Shown here piece by piece: positions 1 through 7,966 of a stretch of 40,731 nt of DNA. Every line of letters starts with the position of its first letter. Within the stretch, counting starts at the first letter, position 1. The position numbers and the translations under genes were made by a program. Source of the stretch: an uncultured Nitrosopumilaceae archaeon (GTDB lineage Archaea; Thermoproteota; Nitrososphaeria; Nitrososphaerales; Nitrosopumilaceae); assembly GCA_964447595.1 (NCBI GenBank), contig CAYUTC010000001.1, positions 1 to 40,731 of the forward strand, written 5' to 3'. The notes beneath the pieces were generated by a model. It was given only the letters and a program-made list of their open reading frames with translations, was not told the origin of the DNA and did no database searches.

Positions 1-183
1 AGAAATAATTGGTTTACAAGAGTTCCTACCACAACAGTTGTAGCGAGTCCTTCCATGACCTGCACCCATGAATTCAATTCCAGAATCTGAAATAAAATTT
101 AGGCAGGGGCTTTGCAGCCGCCCCTATAGGCTTCTGCCGTTTATGATGTCAAAGAAAAGAGGTTCCCGAATACAGAGTGTAAG

Positions 184-258
184 CGGGCCCGGGGGGACTC
201 GAACCCACGACCTGAAGCTCCGCAAGCTCCCGCACTATCCAAGCTGTGCTACGGGTCC
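184..258 (-). tRNA. tRNA-Arg (anticodon GCG), intronless
   Basis: Reverse complement folds as a cloverleaf: GGACCCG-TA-GCAC AGCTTGGATA GTGC-G-GGAGC TT[GCG]GA GCTTC-AGGTC-GTGGG TTCGAGT CCCCC-CGGGCCC-G. A TTATAA box lies about 25 nt upstream. Confidence 0.95.
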
Positions 259-307
259 GAAAAAACTTTGGTTTAACCTGTTATAATGTATTCCAAATTC
301 CAAAAAT

Positions 308-1018
308 TTATGCGGTTTCCTGTTCTGCCTTTTTGGCAAAGACGTAATTCATTATCAATCCGGCAATTACTGCTCCAGTAATTGGGGCTGCCCAGTACAT
401 CCAGTTAACATCCCAGCAACATCCTGAAATCAATGCCGGTCCAAAAGTTCTTGCTGGGTTGACACTTGCGCCAGTTAGTGGTACACCTATCAAGTGAATC
501 AAAAATATCATTCCGCCTATTGCAAGACCATACATACCGGCTGGAGCTTTCTTGTGTACTGCAGTCATGAATATTACAGTTACAAGGAAAAATGTCAGAA
601 TAGCCTCTACTGCAAATCCTGATGCAATGCTGTTGTGTAACAGTTCACTTGGGCCTCCTTGGGTTCCAAAGTTTACCTTTGAACCAATATCTGGCAATAT
701 TGCCTTGTATGAGGCTGCAGCAGCTATTGCACCGATGAGCTGAAACACAATATATGCAATTCCATCTTTGATGTTAATTCGTCTAGTTACCATCATGGAT
801 ATTGTAACGGCAGGATTGATGTGAGCACCGGATACATGTCCAAATGCATAAACCATAAGACCAATTGCAGCTCCGTGTGCAAGTGATATCATAACAATTG
901 CCTGAATAGAAAGGCCAGTGCCATATGCAACTGCTGCAAGACCAATTGCAACAGGACCAAAAAACACCAAACAGTATGTTGCTATTGCTTCAGCAAACCA
1001 GGCACGTGGATTTACCAT
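308..1018 (-). CDS. MIP family channel (aquaporin)
   Basis: Two NPA motifs (GHVSGAHINPAVT, GASVNPARTFGPA) and six hydrophobic segments. Start moved from the ORF-track 1093 to the ATG at 1018 (MVNPRAWFAE) because the upstream extension is not MIP-like. Confidence 0.95.
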   Translation of the reverse strand: MVNPRAWFAEAIATYCLVFFGPVAIGLAAVAYGTGLSIQAIVMISLAHGAAIGLMVYAFGHVSGAHINPAVTISMMVTRRINIKDGIAYIVFQLIGAIAAAASYKAILPDIGSKVNFGTQGGPSELLHNSIASGFAVEAILTFFLVTVIFMTAVHKKAPAGMYGLAIGGMIFLIHLIGVPLTGASVNPARTFGPALISGCCWDVNWMYWAAPITGAVIAGLIMNYVFAKKAEQETA

Positions 1019-1135
1019 TAATGATGGTAACCTCAGAACATACAATATAAAAGATTCGAAGGTACGGTCAGGATCTAGAGATAAACTCTTCACCTGACCC
1101 CAAAAAATAAGTAGGGTTTGCTGGTTTTTTTATTC

Positions 1136-1597
1136 ATGTTATCTGTAGGCGACGAAGTTCCAGATTTTTCCTTGAAGGACTCTGAGGGAAAAACCATCAA
1201 GAGATCTGACTTGAAAGGAAAAAAATATGTTGTCTACTTTTACCCAAGGGATTTTACTCCAGGCTGTACTACCGAGGCAACAGAATTTGCAAGGGATTAC
1301 AAAAAATTCAAAAGTTCTGGAATTGAGATAATAGGTATAAGCCCTGACGATGAGGAGTCTCACAAGAAATTTGGCCAAAAAATGAAGGTGCCCTTTATCC
1401 TGCTCTCAGATACAAATACGGAAATTGCAAAAAAGTTTGGCGTCTGGGGCAAAAAACAGTTCATGGGCCGAGAATACATGGGTGTAAACAGGACAACCTT
1501 TCTTGTAGATGAAAAAGGAAAAATTCTTCAGGTTTTTGAAAAAGTAAAACCTGCAGGTCATGCAGAAGAAGTTTTAGAAGCCTTTAAGGCTACTTGA
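1136..1597 (+). CDS. bcp: Peroxiredoxin BCP/PrxQ family (single Cys, 1-Cys type)
   Basis: YFYPRDFTPGCTTEA active-site motif plus RTTFLVDEKG. Only one Cys is present. Start set at the ATG at 1136. Confidence 0.93.
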   Translation: MLSVGDEVPDFSLKDSEGKTIKRSDLKGKKYVVYFYPRDFTPGCTTEATEFARDYKKFKSSGIEIIGISPDDEESHKKFGQKMKVPFILLSDTNTEIAKKFGVWGKKQFMGREYMGVNRTTFLVDEKGKILQVFEKVKPAGHAEEVLEAFKAT

Positions 1598-2546
1598 ATC
1601 CTGCTGGCAGTGTACCGCGTCTAACTTTTGGTTTTGGTGGTTCTGCAGCTTGAGCTGTAGCTGTTGTGGTACCTGAACCGGTAAATTGTTTGTTCGGTGG
1701 ATGATATGATAATCTCTTTCTTGTTGCAAAGTATCTGTTGCCAGTGTATTCTGTTGAGCTAATAGTAGCATAAGCTGGTGCCACTTCGCCCACAGCTGCT
1801 GGAATCTCTGATGATACCACATCTGGTTTTGGTGTAGGCTTTGGTTCTGGTTTTGGAGCTGGTTTCATTCCAGCTGGTAATGTACCATGTGTTGGACCTG
1901 AAGCTGCTGGTCTTGGAGGCGGTGGAGCTGGTCTTTCTTGTGGTGAAGGAGGTGCTTTTCTTGTTTCCTCTGAAACATAATTTTCATATTCTGCACCCTT
2001 TGATCTCCACATTGATTTTTTCTCGTCGTGTTTGGTACCAGCTGGCAATGTTCCTTTGGTTTGTGAAACCTTAGGTTCTGGTCTTGGTTCTGGAGGTGGC
2101 GGAGGTGCAGTTCTTGTAGTTGTTGTTGATGCTGAACCGGTAAATTGTTTGTTCGGTGGATGATATGATAATCTCTTTCTTGTTGCAAAGTATCTGTTGC
2201 CAGTGTATTCTGTTGAGCTAATAGTAGCATAAGCTGGTGCCACTTCGCCTGGTTCTGGTGCACTAGTTGATGGGGTATATTCTGGTTTTGGCGGTGGCGG
2301 TGGAGGCGGTGCCTTGAATCCTGCCGGTAAAGTTCCGCGACTTGCACCAGCCGGTTTTGGCGGTGGTGGAGGCGGTCTTGCTTGTGGCTTTGGAGATTCT
2401 CTTGTTTCAGCAGGTCTTGCAACACTTGGCTGTACCTGTGATGATAGATTAGCCAGCCTTGCTTCAAGCTCAGCTATCTTTGCCTCTAGTTCGGCAGTAT
2501 TAGATTTAGTAGAACGGGTTCTTTTGCGTTTAGGTTCTGTAGACAT
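1590..2546 (-). CDS. Proline-rich repetitive protein of unknown function (N-terminal basic patch and coiled coil, repeated modules)
   Basis: 318-aa ORF with heptads (AELEAKIAELEARLANLSSQ), poly-Pro tracts, 4x GTLPAG and two identical ~39-aa modules. Confidence 0.85.
   Translation of the reverse strand: MSTEPKRKRTRSTKSNTAELEAKIAELEARLANLSSQVQPSVARPAETRESPKPQARPPPPPPKPAGASRGTLPAGFKAPPPPPPPKPEYTPSTSAPEPGEVAPAYATISSTEYTGNRYFATRKRLSYHPPNKQFTGSASTTTTRTAPPPPPEPRPEPKVSQTKGTLPAGTKHDEKKSMWRSKGAEYENYVSEETRKAPPSPQERPAPPPPRPAASGPTHGTLPAGMKPAPKPEPKPTPKPDVVSSEIPAAVGEVAPAYATISSTEYTGNRYFATRKRLSYHPPNKQFTGSGTTTATAQAAEPPKPKVRRGTLPAGFK
1673..1790. repeat. 118-bp direct repeat, copy 1 (identical to 2132..2249)
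   Basis: Base-by-base comparison by eye (ctgaaccggtaaattg...ccacttcgcc) shows no differences between copies. Confidence 0.95.
2132..2249. repeat. 118-bp direct repeat, copy 2 (identical to 1673..1790)
   Basis: Same sequence as copy 1. Encodes GEVAPAYATISSTEYTGNRYFATRKRLSYHPPNKQFTGS on the minus strand. Confidence 0.95.
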
Positions 2547-2558
2547 GTGACAAATCTC

Positions 2559-2576
2559 TGATAAACTAGTTTATCA
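2559..2576. promoter_or_regulatory. Perfect 18-bp palindrome TGATAAACTAGTTTATCA, candidate operator
   Basis: Exact inverted repeat 13-30 nt upstream of the ATG of the Pro-rich gene, where a leaderless archaeal core promoter would sit. Function is inferred. Confidence 0.55.
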
Positions 2577-2692
2577 CCTTTTCGGCTGGAACCAAGAAGA
2601 AATCCTACTAAAAAGCAGGTTGGTTATATTTTGTCGTAGTCAAAGAGACGATACGTAGAAGTTTTATATGAAGCAAAGACTGCTTTTATTCG

Positions 2693-3070
2693 TTGGACGA
2701 TTTTGAGAAGGAATACCCTGGATTTGACTGGAAGAACACACCAGCATACAAGCATCCTGGTGGAAAGGATTGCCCCTGTCCAAAACACGAATACATCAGG
2801 GAGCAGATCAACGTTGCAAAAACAGTAAGTGAAACATCACGGGAATCAAGTGCTATTACGTTAAAGTTCTGTCCCGATCATTATCGAGTTTATCTAAAGG
2901 AGGTCATACCAGCAATGCCTCTAAAGTATAGAATCCTGACCAAGATAGCTTTGAAAATTGGAGCAATCAAGATAGAGCAGCTCAAGTACATGCAATCAGA
3001 CCAGTGTTTTTATTGTAAATTTGGTTCTGGAGGACATGACAAGAGAACAGAGTTGCCACCAATACCCTAG
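2693..3070 (+). CDS. Hypothetical Cys/His-rich, probably metal-binding protein
   Basis: 125 aa with CPCPKH, FCPDH and CFYC motifs. A TTTTATATG TATA box at about 2662-2670 precedes the TTG start. Confidence 0.75.
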   Translation: MDDFEKEYPGFDWKNTPAYKHPGGKDCPCPKHEYIREQINVAKTVSETSRESSAITLKFCPDHYRVYLKEVIPAMPLKYRILTKIALKIGAIKIEQLKYMQSDQCFYCKFGSGGHDKRTELPPIP

Positions 3071-3297
3071 ACAGGTCCAAGCAAAATTTTTGGTTTGTTA
3101 GGAGTATCGTGATGACATTTTTTTCCACATAGTGGACAGGTTATCCTGTCCAAGAAAATGCATTGACAAATGTGAGATTTCATGTAACTGTCTGCTGTCT
3201 TGCTGTACTCACCGGTACCATTGCAAAATGAGCATTGGGTATCAAGAAGAACAATCTTTCCCTGACCGCCACAGACGGCACACTTTTGGCCGGACAA
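3067..3297 (-). CDS. Small Cys-rich zinc-finger protein with DnaJ-type CxxCxGxG repeats
   Basis: CAVCGGQG...CSFCNGTG...CQC...CPLCGKKCHH in 76 aa. Confidence 0.75.
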   Translation of the reverse strand: MSGQKCAVCGGQGKIVLLDTQCSFCNGTGEYSKTADSYMKSHICQCIFLDRITCPLCGKKCHHDTPNKPKILLGPV

Positions 3298-3407
3298 CTT
3301 ATGCTATTTCCTTATAGGATAATTAAAGTTCTTTTGTTAAATCTTTTTCCTGTTTTGATACGTGTAAAACCAGTTAAGCTTATAGAACATACAAATTCAG
3401 TAGACGT

Positions 3408-4850
3408 GTGCCTATTGAAGACCTTGGTGAGTTTGTAGAAAAACTCGAAAAAGCATGCCAATTAAAAAGAGTAAAAGTTCCAGTAGATACCAATCTTGAG
3501 ATTTCAGAAATTCTAAGTCGTGTCATGTATTCAAACGGTCCTGCAATTCTTTTTGAAAATGTAAAAAATCACAACATGCCAGTTTTGGGAAATGCATTTG
3601 GTTCAATGAAAAGACTTGAGATTGGTTTGGAGACATCTGATTTTACAGAAATCGGACAGCGAATTGTTGACATGACAAAGATGGACATCCCTGCAGGAAT
3701 TTTTGATAAAATTAGAAAACTTCCTGAATTGTCAAAAATAACAGACATTGCACCAAAATTGCAAAAAAGCGGGCCTGTAACGGAAACGTTTGAGGACTCG
3801 CCTTCTTTTGACACCATACCAATCTTGAAGACATGGCCAAAGGATGCGGGAAAATTTATCACGTTTGGTCTTGTTGCAACAAGACACCCCCAGACAGGAG
3901 TTAGAAATCTTGGGGTATACAGAATGCAAATTCTGGACAGAAACCATGCCCTGATGCACTGGCAGAAACACAAGCGTGGTGCACACCATTATGACATCAA
4001 AAAAGATTCTGGAAGCAAGATAGAGGTTGCAGTAATAATTGGAGCAGATCCTGCCACAGTGTTTTCTGCCGTTGCCCCAGTTCCAGAGGGACTAGACAAG
4101 TATGTTTTTGCCGGAATAACAAGAAAGACTGGCATCAAGACAGTCAAGTGCAGAACAGTAGACCTTGAAGTGCCTGCCAATGCAGAGATTGTACTTGAAG
4201 GGTATGTTGACCCATCTGATATTAGAATGGAAGGTCCGTTTGGAGATCATACAGGATACTATACCCCACCCGAGCCTTATCCAGTATTTACCTTGACTGG
4301 AATAATGAGAAGAGAAAAGCCAATCTATCTTACTACAATAGTTGGAAAACCAATCTTGGAGGATGCGTTCATTGGCAAAGTAATCGAGCGCTCGTTTCTG
4401 CCACTAGTTAGAATGTTCCAACCAGAGGTTGTAGATTTTTCAATGCCTGCTGCAGGATGGTTCCAGGGAATGGCAATCATATCAATTAAAAAAAGATACG
4501 CAGGCCAGGCAAAAAAGGTCATGATGGGATTGTGGGGACTAGGACAGCTTGCACTGACAAAAATTTTCATTGTAGTAGATGACGACATTAACGTTCATGA
4601 CCCAAATGATGTAATCTGGGCAATCACTACCAGAGCAGATGCAGCACGGGATACTGTAATAATTAACAACACGCCAACTGATACACTTGATCCAGCATCG
4701 CCTCTTGTCAATCTGGGATCAAAGCTTGGCATAGATGCAACACAGAAAACAAAAGAAGAGGGGTACCAGCGAGAGATTCAGGAGCTAGTCAAACCAGATG
4801 AAGAGACCAAAAAGATTGTAGATTCCAAGTGGTCTAGTTACGGAATCTAG
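3408..4850 (+). CDS. ubiD: UbiD-family decarboxylase (menaquinone biosynthesis, MqnL-like)
   Basis: RNLGVYRMQ, EGPFGDHTGYY, VVDDDINV and LDPAS...GSKLGIDAT UbiD motifs; adjacent to mqnC. Confidence 0.92.
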   Translation: MPIEDLGEFVEKLEKACQLKRVKVPVDTNLEISEILSRVMYSNGPAILFENVKNHNMPVLGNAFGSMKRLEIGLETSDFTEIGQRIVDMTKMDIPAGIFDKIRKLPELSKITDIAPKLQKSGPVTETFEDSPSFDTIPILKTWPKDAGKFITFGLVATRHPQTGVRNLGVYRMQILDRNHALMHWQKHKRGAHHYDIKKDSGSKIEVAVIIGADPATVFSAVAPVPEGLDKYVFAGITRKTGIKTVKCRTVDLEVPANAEIVLEGYVDPSDIRMEGPFGDHTGYYTPPEPYPVFTLTGIMRREKPIYLTTIVGKPILEDAFIGKVIERSFLPLVRMFQPEVVDFSMPAAGWFQGMAIISIKKRYAGQAKKVMMGLWGLGQLALTKIFIVVDDDINVHDPNDVIWAITTRADAARDTVIINNTPTDTLDPASPLVNLGSKLGIDATQKTKEEGYQREIQELVKPDEETKKIVDSKWSSYGI

Positions 4851-5965
4851 TGTACCTTAACCGTATTGTAAAAGTTGTCTCGTTCTTCTACTTCGTAGCC
4901 GATTTGTTTGACAGCAGAAATAATTTTTGCTGCAGTAAGTTCAGTAGAGCGAGCTCCTGTACATGACACCACTTCTTCTCCAAGCAGTGTACCGCCAAAG
5001 TCATCTGCACCATATTGTAATGCCATTTGAGCCATTGCAATACCGTTTGTAAGCCATGATGACTGGATATGGGAAATCAGTCCGTCGTACATTATTCTCG
5101 ATATTGCAATCATCTTGAGAAGCTCAGTTCCGCCTGCAGCATATCGTATAGTTCCTTCCTTTTGCATGAGAGTATTGTTTGGCTCAAAGCTCCAAGGAAT
5201 AAATGCCATAAAGCCGTTGGTCTTTTCTTGCAGTCTTGCAATCTTGACAAAGTGTTCTGCAATGTCTCTTTTTGATTCAACATGACCATACATCATAGTA
5301 GCTGATGCTGGAATTCCCATTGTATGGGCTTCGTCCATGATTCTAATCCATGTGTCACTTGTGATCTTTTTTGGACTGATGATCTGTTTTACGGTATCAA
5401 CTAGAATTTCTGCACCAGCGCCTGGAACAGACTGCAGACCAGCCTCTTTCAGTCTTGCAAGAACTTCCTTGGTACTAGTATGTTCTACTTTTGAAATCAT
5501 GTCTATCTCAGATGCAGAAAGCCCGTGGATTCCAACTTGGGGAAATTTCTCCCTCATTAGTCTAAATGCATCTTCAAAGTATTCGATTCCAAGTTTTGGA
5601 TTGTGTCCACCTTGAAACATTACCTGAGTTATAGCAAACATCTCCCGTGCAGCTTTTACTCTGGATTCTATCTGTTCCAGTGTTACCGTATAGGATTCTT
5701 CATGTCCTGATGGTCTGTAAAATGCACAAAACTTGCAGTCTGTAATACAGACATTAGTATAGTTTAGTATCATGTTGTTTACAAAAGAAACTCTTTTGCC
5801 AAACTTTTTTCTTGTAAGATATCCACCAACAAGACCCATAAGATGAACATCATCAGAATCTAAAAGTTTCAGACAACCATCCAAGTCTGGTCGCTGTCCG
5901 TTCAGAGAATTCTCAAGAATTTCTCCAACATCAGAATGATCAAGTTGCTGGGTTAGCTGGCTCAA
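4847..5965 (-). CDS. mqnC: Radical SAM CofH/MqnC family, likely cyclic dehypoxanthinyl futalosine synthase
   Basis: NYTNVCITDCKFCAF (CxxxCxxC), QGGHNP, PGAGAEIL, ATMMYGH, AFIPWSF, HIQSSW, YGADDFGGT. Confidence 0.85.
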   Translation of the reverse strand: MSQLTQQLDHSDVGEILENSLNGQRPDLDGCLKLLDSDDVHLMGLVGGYLTRKKFGKRVSFVNNMILNYTNVCITDCKFCAFYRPSGHEESYTVTLEQIESRVKAAREMFAITQVMFQGGHNPKLGIEYFEDAFRLMREKFPQVGIHGLSASEIDMISKVEHTSTKEVLARLKEAGLQSVPGAGAEILVDTVKQIISPKKITSDTWIRIMDEAHTMGIPASATMMYGHVESKRDIAEHFVKIARLQEKTNGFMAFIPWSFEPNNTLMQKEGTIRYAAGGTELLKMIAISRIMYDGLISHIQSSWLTNGIAMAQMALQYGADDFGGTLLGEEVVSCTGARSTELTAAKIISAVKQIGYEVEERDNFYNTVKVH

Positions 5966-6132
5966 TTGGTCTTTGATCTTTATCTATTGTATTTATTCCT
6001 TTGACGATAACACATGTATTTTACACTAATAAAATTCCAGATCCAGATTTTGTTTTGTCCTCTCATGACACAATTTTATCTTGACTGCAAAACACGTTAT
6101 TTTTAAGTAGGGCACACAAAGGAGTAACTCCA

Positions 6133-6921
6133 ATGGTTACTGGCTTTCAGATAAGGATGAATCGTATACTAAGGAGTGGAAAGATGCTCTGCATTCCAAT
6201 GGACCACGGAATATCAAGTGGTCCACTAAAGGGAATCGAGGATCCTTATTCTCTAATATATTCATGCCAGAACTTTGGACTAACTTCTGTTATAATCAAC
6301 AAAGGAATTTTGAAAAATTTACCAAAGCCAACCAAGATTGGATTACTAGTTCATTATTCTGCAAGCACATCACTTTCCATGTCTCCAAATAGAAAAATGT
6401 TAACAGGTTCAGTCGAAGAGGCATTGCGACTGGGAGCTGACGGTGTATCATTGCACATCAACATTGGTGGAAAGGAGGAACCAGAAATGCTAGAACAGCT
6501 TGGCAAGATTGCAGATGATTGTCACAAGTGGAATATGCCACTTCTTGCAATGATGTACCCAAGAGGCGAGAACATAAAGAATCCACATGATCCTGCCATT
6601 GTAAGCCACGTTGCAAGAATTGGTGTAGAATGCGGAGCAGATATTGTAAAAACATTATACACTGGAGATGTTGACTCGTTTTCTAAAATAGTAAAGAGCA
6701 CTCTGGTTCCAGTGGTAATTGCAGGCGGACCAAAAGCAAAGACTGACATGGACATTTTACAAATGACTGAAGAGGCAATGCAGGCTGGTGCCAAAGGAGT
6801 AACATATGGCAGAAACATCTTTGAGCATTCAAGTCCTGGAAAAATGACACATGCCTTGGCTGCAATAATATTTAGAAAAGAAACTGCAAAGGAAGCTGCA
6901 AAATACCTTGAGCAAAAGTAG
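6133..6921 (+). CDS. aroA': 2-amino-3,7-dideoxy-D-threo-hept-6-ulosonate (ADH) synthase, DhnA-type class I aldolase
   Basis: PMDHGISSGP, MMYPRG, GADIVKT (Schiff-base Lys), VVIAGG, GRNIF; overlaps the DHQ synthase II gene. Confidence 0.9.
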   Translation: MVTGFQIRMNRILRSGKMLCIPMDHGISSGPLKGIEDPYSLIYSCQNFGLTSVIINKGILKNLPKPTKIGLLVHYSASTSLSMSPNRKMLTGSVEEALRLGADGVSLHINIGGKEEPEMLEQLGKIADDCHKWNMPLLAMMYPRGENIKNPHDPAIVSHVARIGVECGADIVKTLYTGDVDSFSKIVKSTLVPVVIAGGPKAKTDMDILQMTEEAMQAGAKGVTYGRNIFEHSSPGKMTHALAAIIFRKETAKEAAKYLEQK

Positions 6922-7966
6922 GGAGTTGATAATTGCCCCCAAGGTATCTCGGGGCCAGCTAGGCAAATTCTTGTCAGAGATAGAAAAGGAAGGAATCAAT
7001 ATTGTTAACGTAGACCCCTCAAGTCTCAAAGGGCTAAAGACAAGGCTTGATACAATTTATTCTTCACAAAATGCGGATTATGTTATTGTAGATAAAATAT
7101 CGAAAATCAAGGACAAAAAAGTCGGAATGAAGTTCAAGGTTTTGTCCAATGCAGACATTGAAAAGATATTACACTTTTCCAAAGAAGGAAAACTTGATTT
7201 TGTCGTAGTTGAGGTAAAAGACTGGAAGATAATTCCACTTGAAAATATCATTGCAAAACTGCACAAGGTCCACACAAAGATATTTGCAGTAGCCAATTCA
7301 CCAGAAGAGGTTCGAAAGATGTTTTCAATACTAGAGATAGGTGTAGACGGCGTCATTTTTTCAGCAAGCTCGTCAAATGAAGTAAGGGAGGCGTTAGTAT
7401 ATCTTGGAACACGAAGTTTTGAGCTCAGACAAGCCAAGATTGTAGAAATAAAAGAGGTTGGAAATGGCGAGCGTGTTTGTGTTGATACTGCATCCATGCT
7501 AGGACGCGGCGAGGGAATGTTGATTGGAAGTAGATCAAACTTTTTGTTCTTGGTTCATAACGAATCGGTTGGTTCTTCTTTTACATCACCAAGACCGTTT
7601 AGGGTTAATGCGGGGGCAGTCCACTGCTATACCTTATCACCAGATGGTACCACAAAATATCTCTCCGAGCTCGAAACAGGCTCCGAGGTTCTGGTAATTG
7701 ATTCACATGGTAAGGCCCGCAGAGCTACTGTTGGTCGCTCAAAGATAGAGAGTCGACCCATGCTCATGATTAAAGCCCAGGCAGGGGATGAGGTGGGCGG
7801 AATAATTGCACAAAATGCTGAGACAATACGATTTGTTCGTCCAAATGGCCATCTAGTTTCTGTAACCCATCTAAAAAAAGGCGATACTGTACTTGCATAT
7901 GCCAAACAAGCCACTGGACGACATTTTGGCATGGAAGTAGACGACGAGTATATTGTTGAAAAATAA
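6908..7966 (+). CDS. aroB': 3-dehydroquinate synthase II (archaeal type)
   Basis: DWKIIPLENIIA, GERVCVDT, GEGMLIGS, RPFRVNAGAVH, QNAETIR, GRHFGM. Confidence 0.95.
   Translation: MSKSRELIIAPKVSRGQLGKFLSEIEKEGINIVNVDPSSLKGLKTRLDTIYSSQNADYVIVDKISKIKDKKVGMKFKVLSNADIEKILHFSKEGKLDFVVVEVKDWKIIPLENIIAKLHKVHTKIFAVANSPEEVRKMFSILEIGVDGVIFSASSSNEVREALVYLGTRSFELRQAKIVEIKEVGNGERVCVDTASMLGRGEGMLIGSRSNFLFLVHNESVGSSFTSPRPFRVNAGAVHCYTLSPDGTTKYLSELETGSEVLVIDSHGKARRATVGRSKIESRPMLMIKAQAGDEVGGIIAQNAETIRFVRPNGHLVSVTHLKKGDTVLAYAKQATGRHFGMEVDDEYIVEK

Noticed and set aside
1-70. Possible 5' end of a minus-strand gene running off the window (MEGLATTVVVGTLVNQLF... or MGAGHGRTRYNCCG...)
   Set aside because: Too short to choose a frame or recognise a product.
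68-286. 72-aa + strand ORF
   Set aside because: Antisense to tRNA-Arg and has no protein motif; spurious.
1673-2249. Direct repeats as a possible CRISPR array or mobile-element ends
   Set aside because: Only two 118-bp copies, in frame inside a CDS; no repeat-spacer periodicity, cas genes or transposase.
1574-2467. Long Gln/His-rich alternative-frame ORFs (1865..2467 and 1574..1822) suggesting overprinting
   Set aside because: Expected by-product of CCA/GCA/ACA-rich codons and repeats in the Pro-rich gene; no independent start signals.
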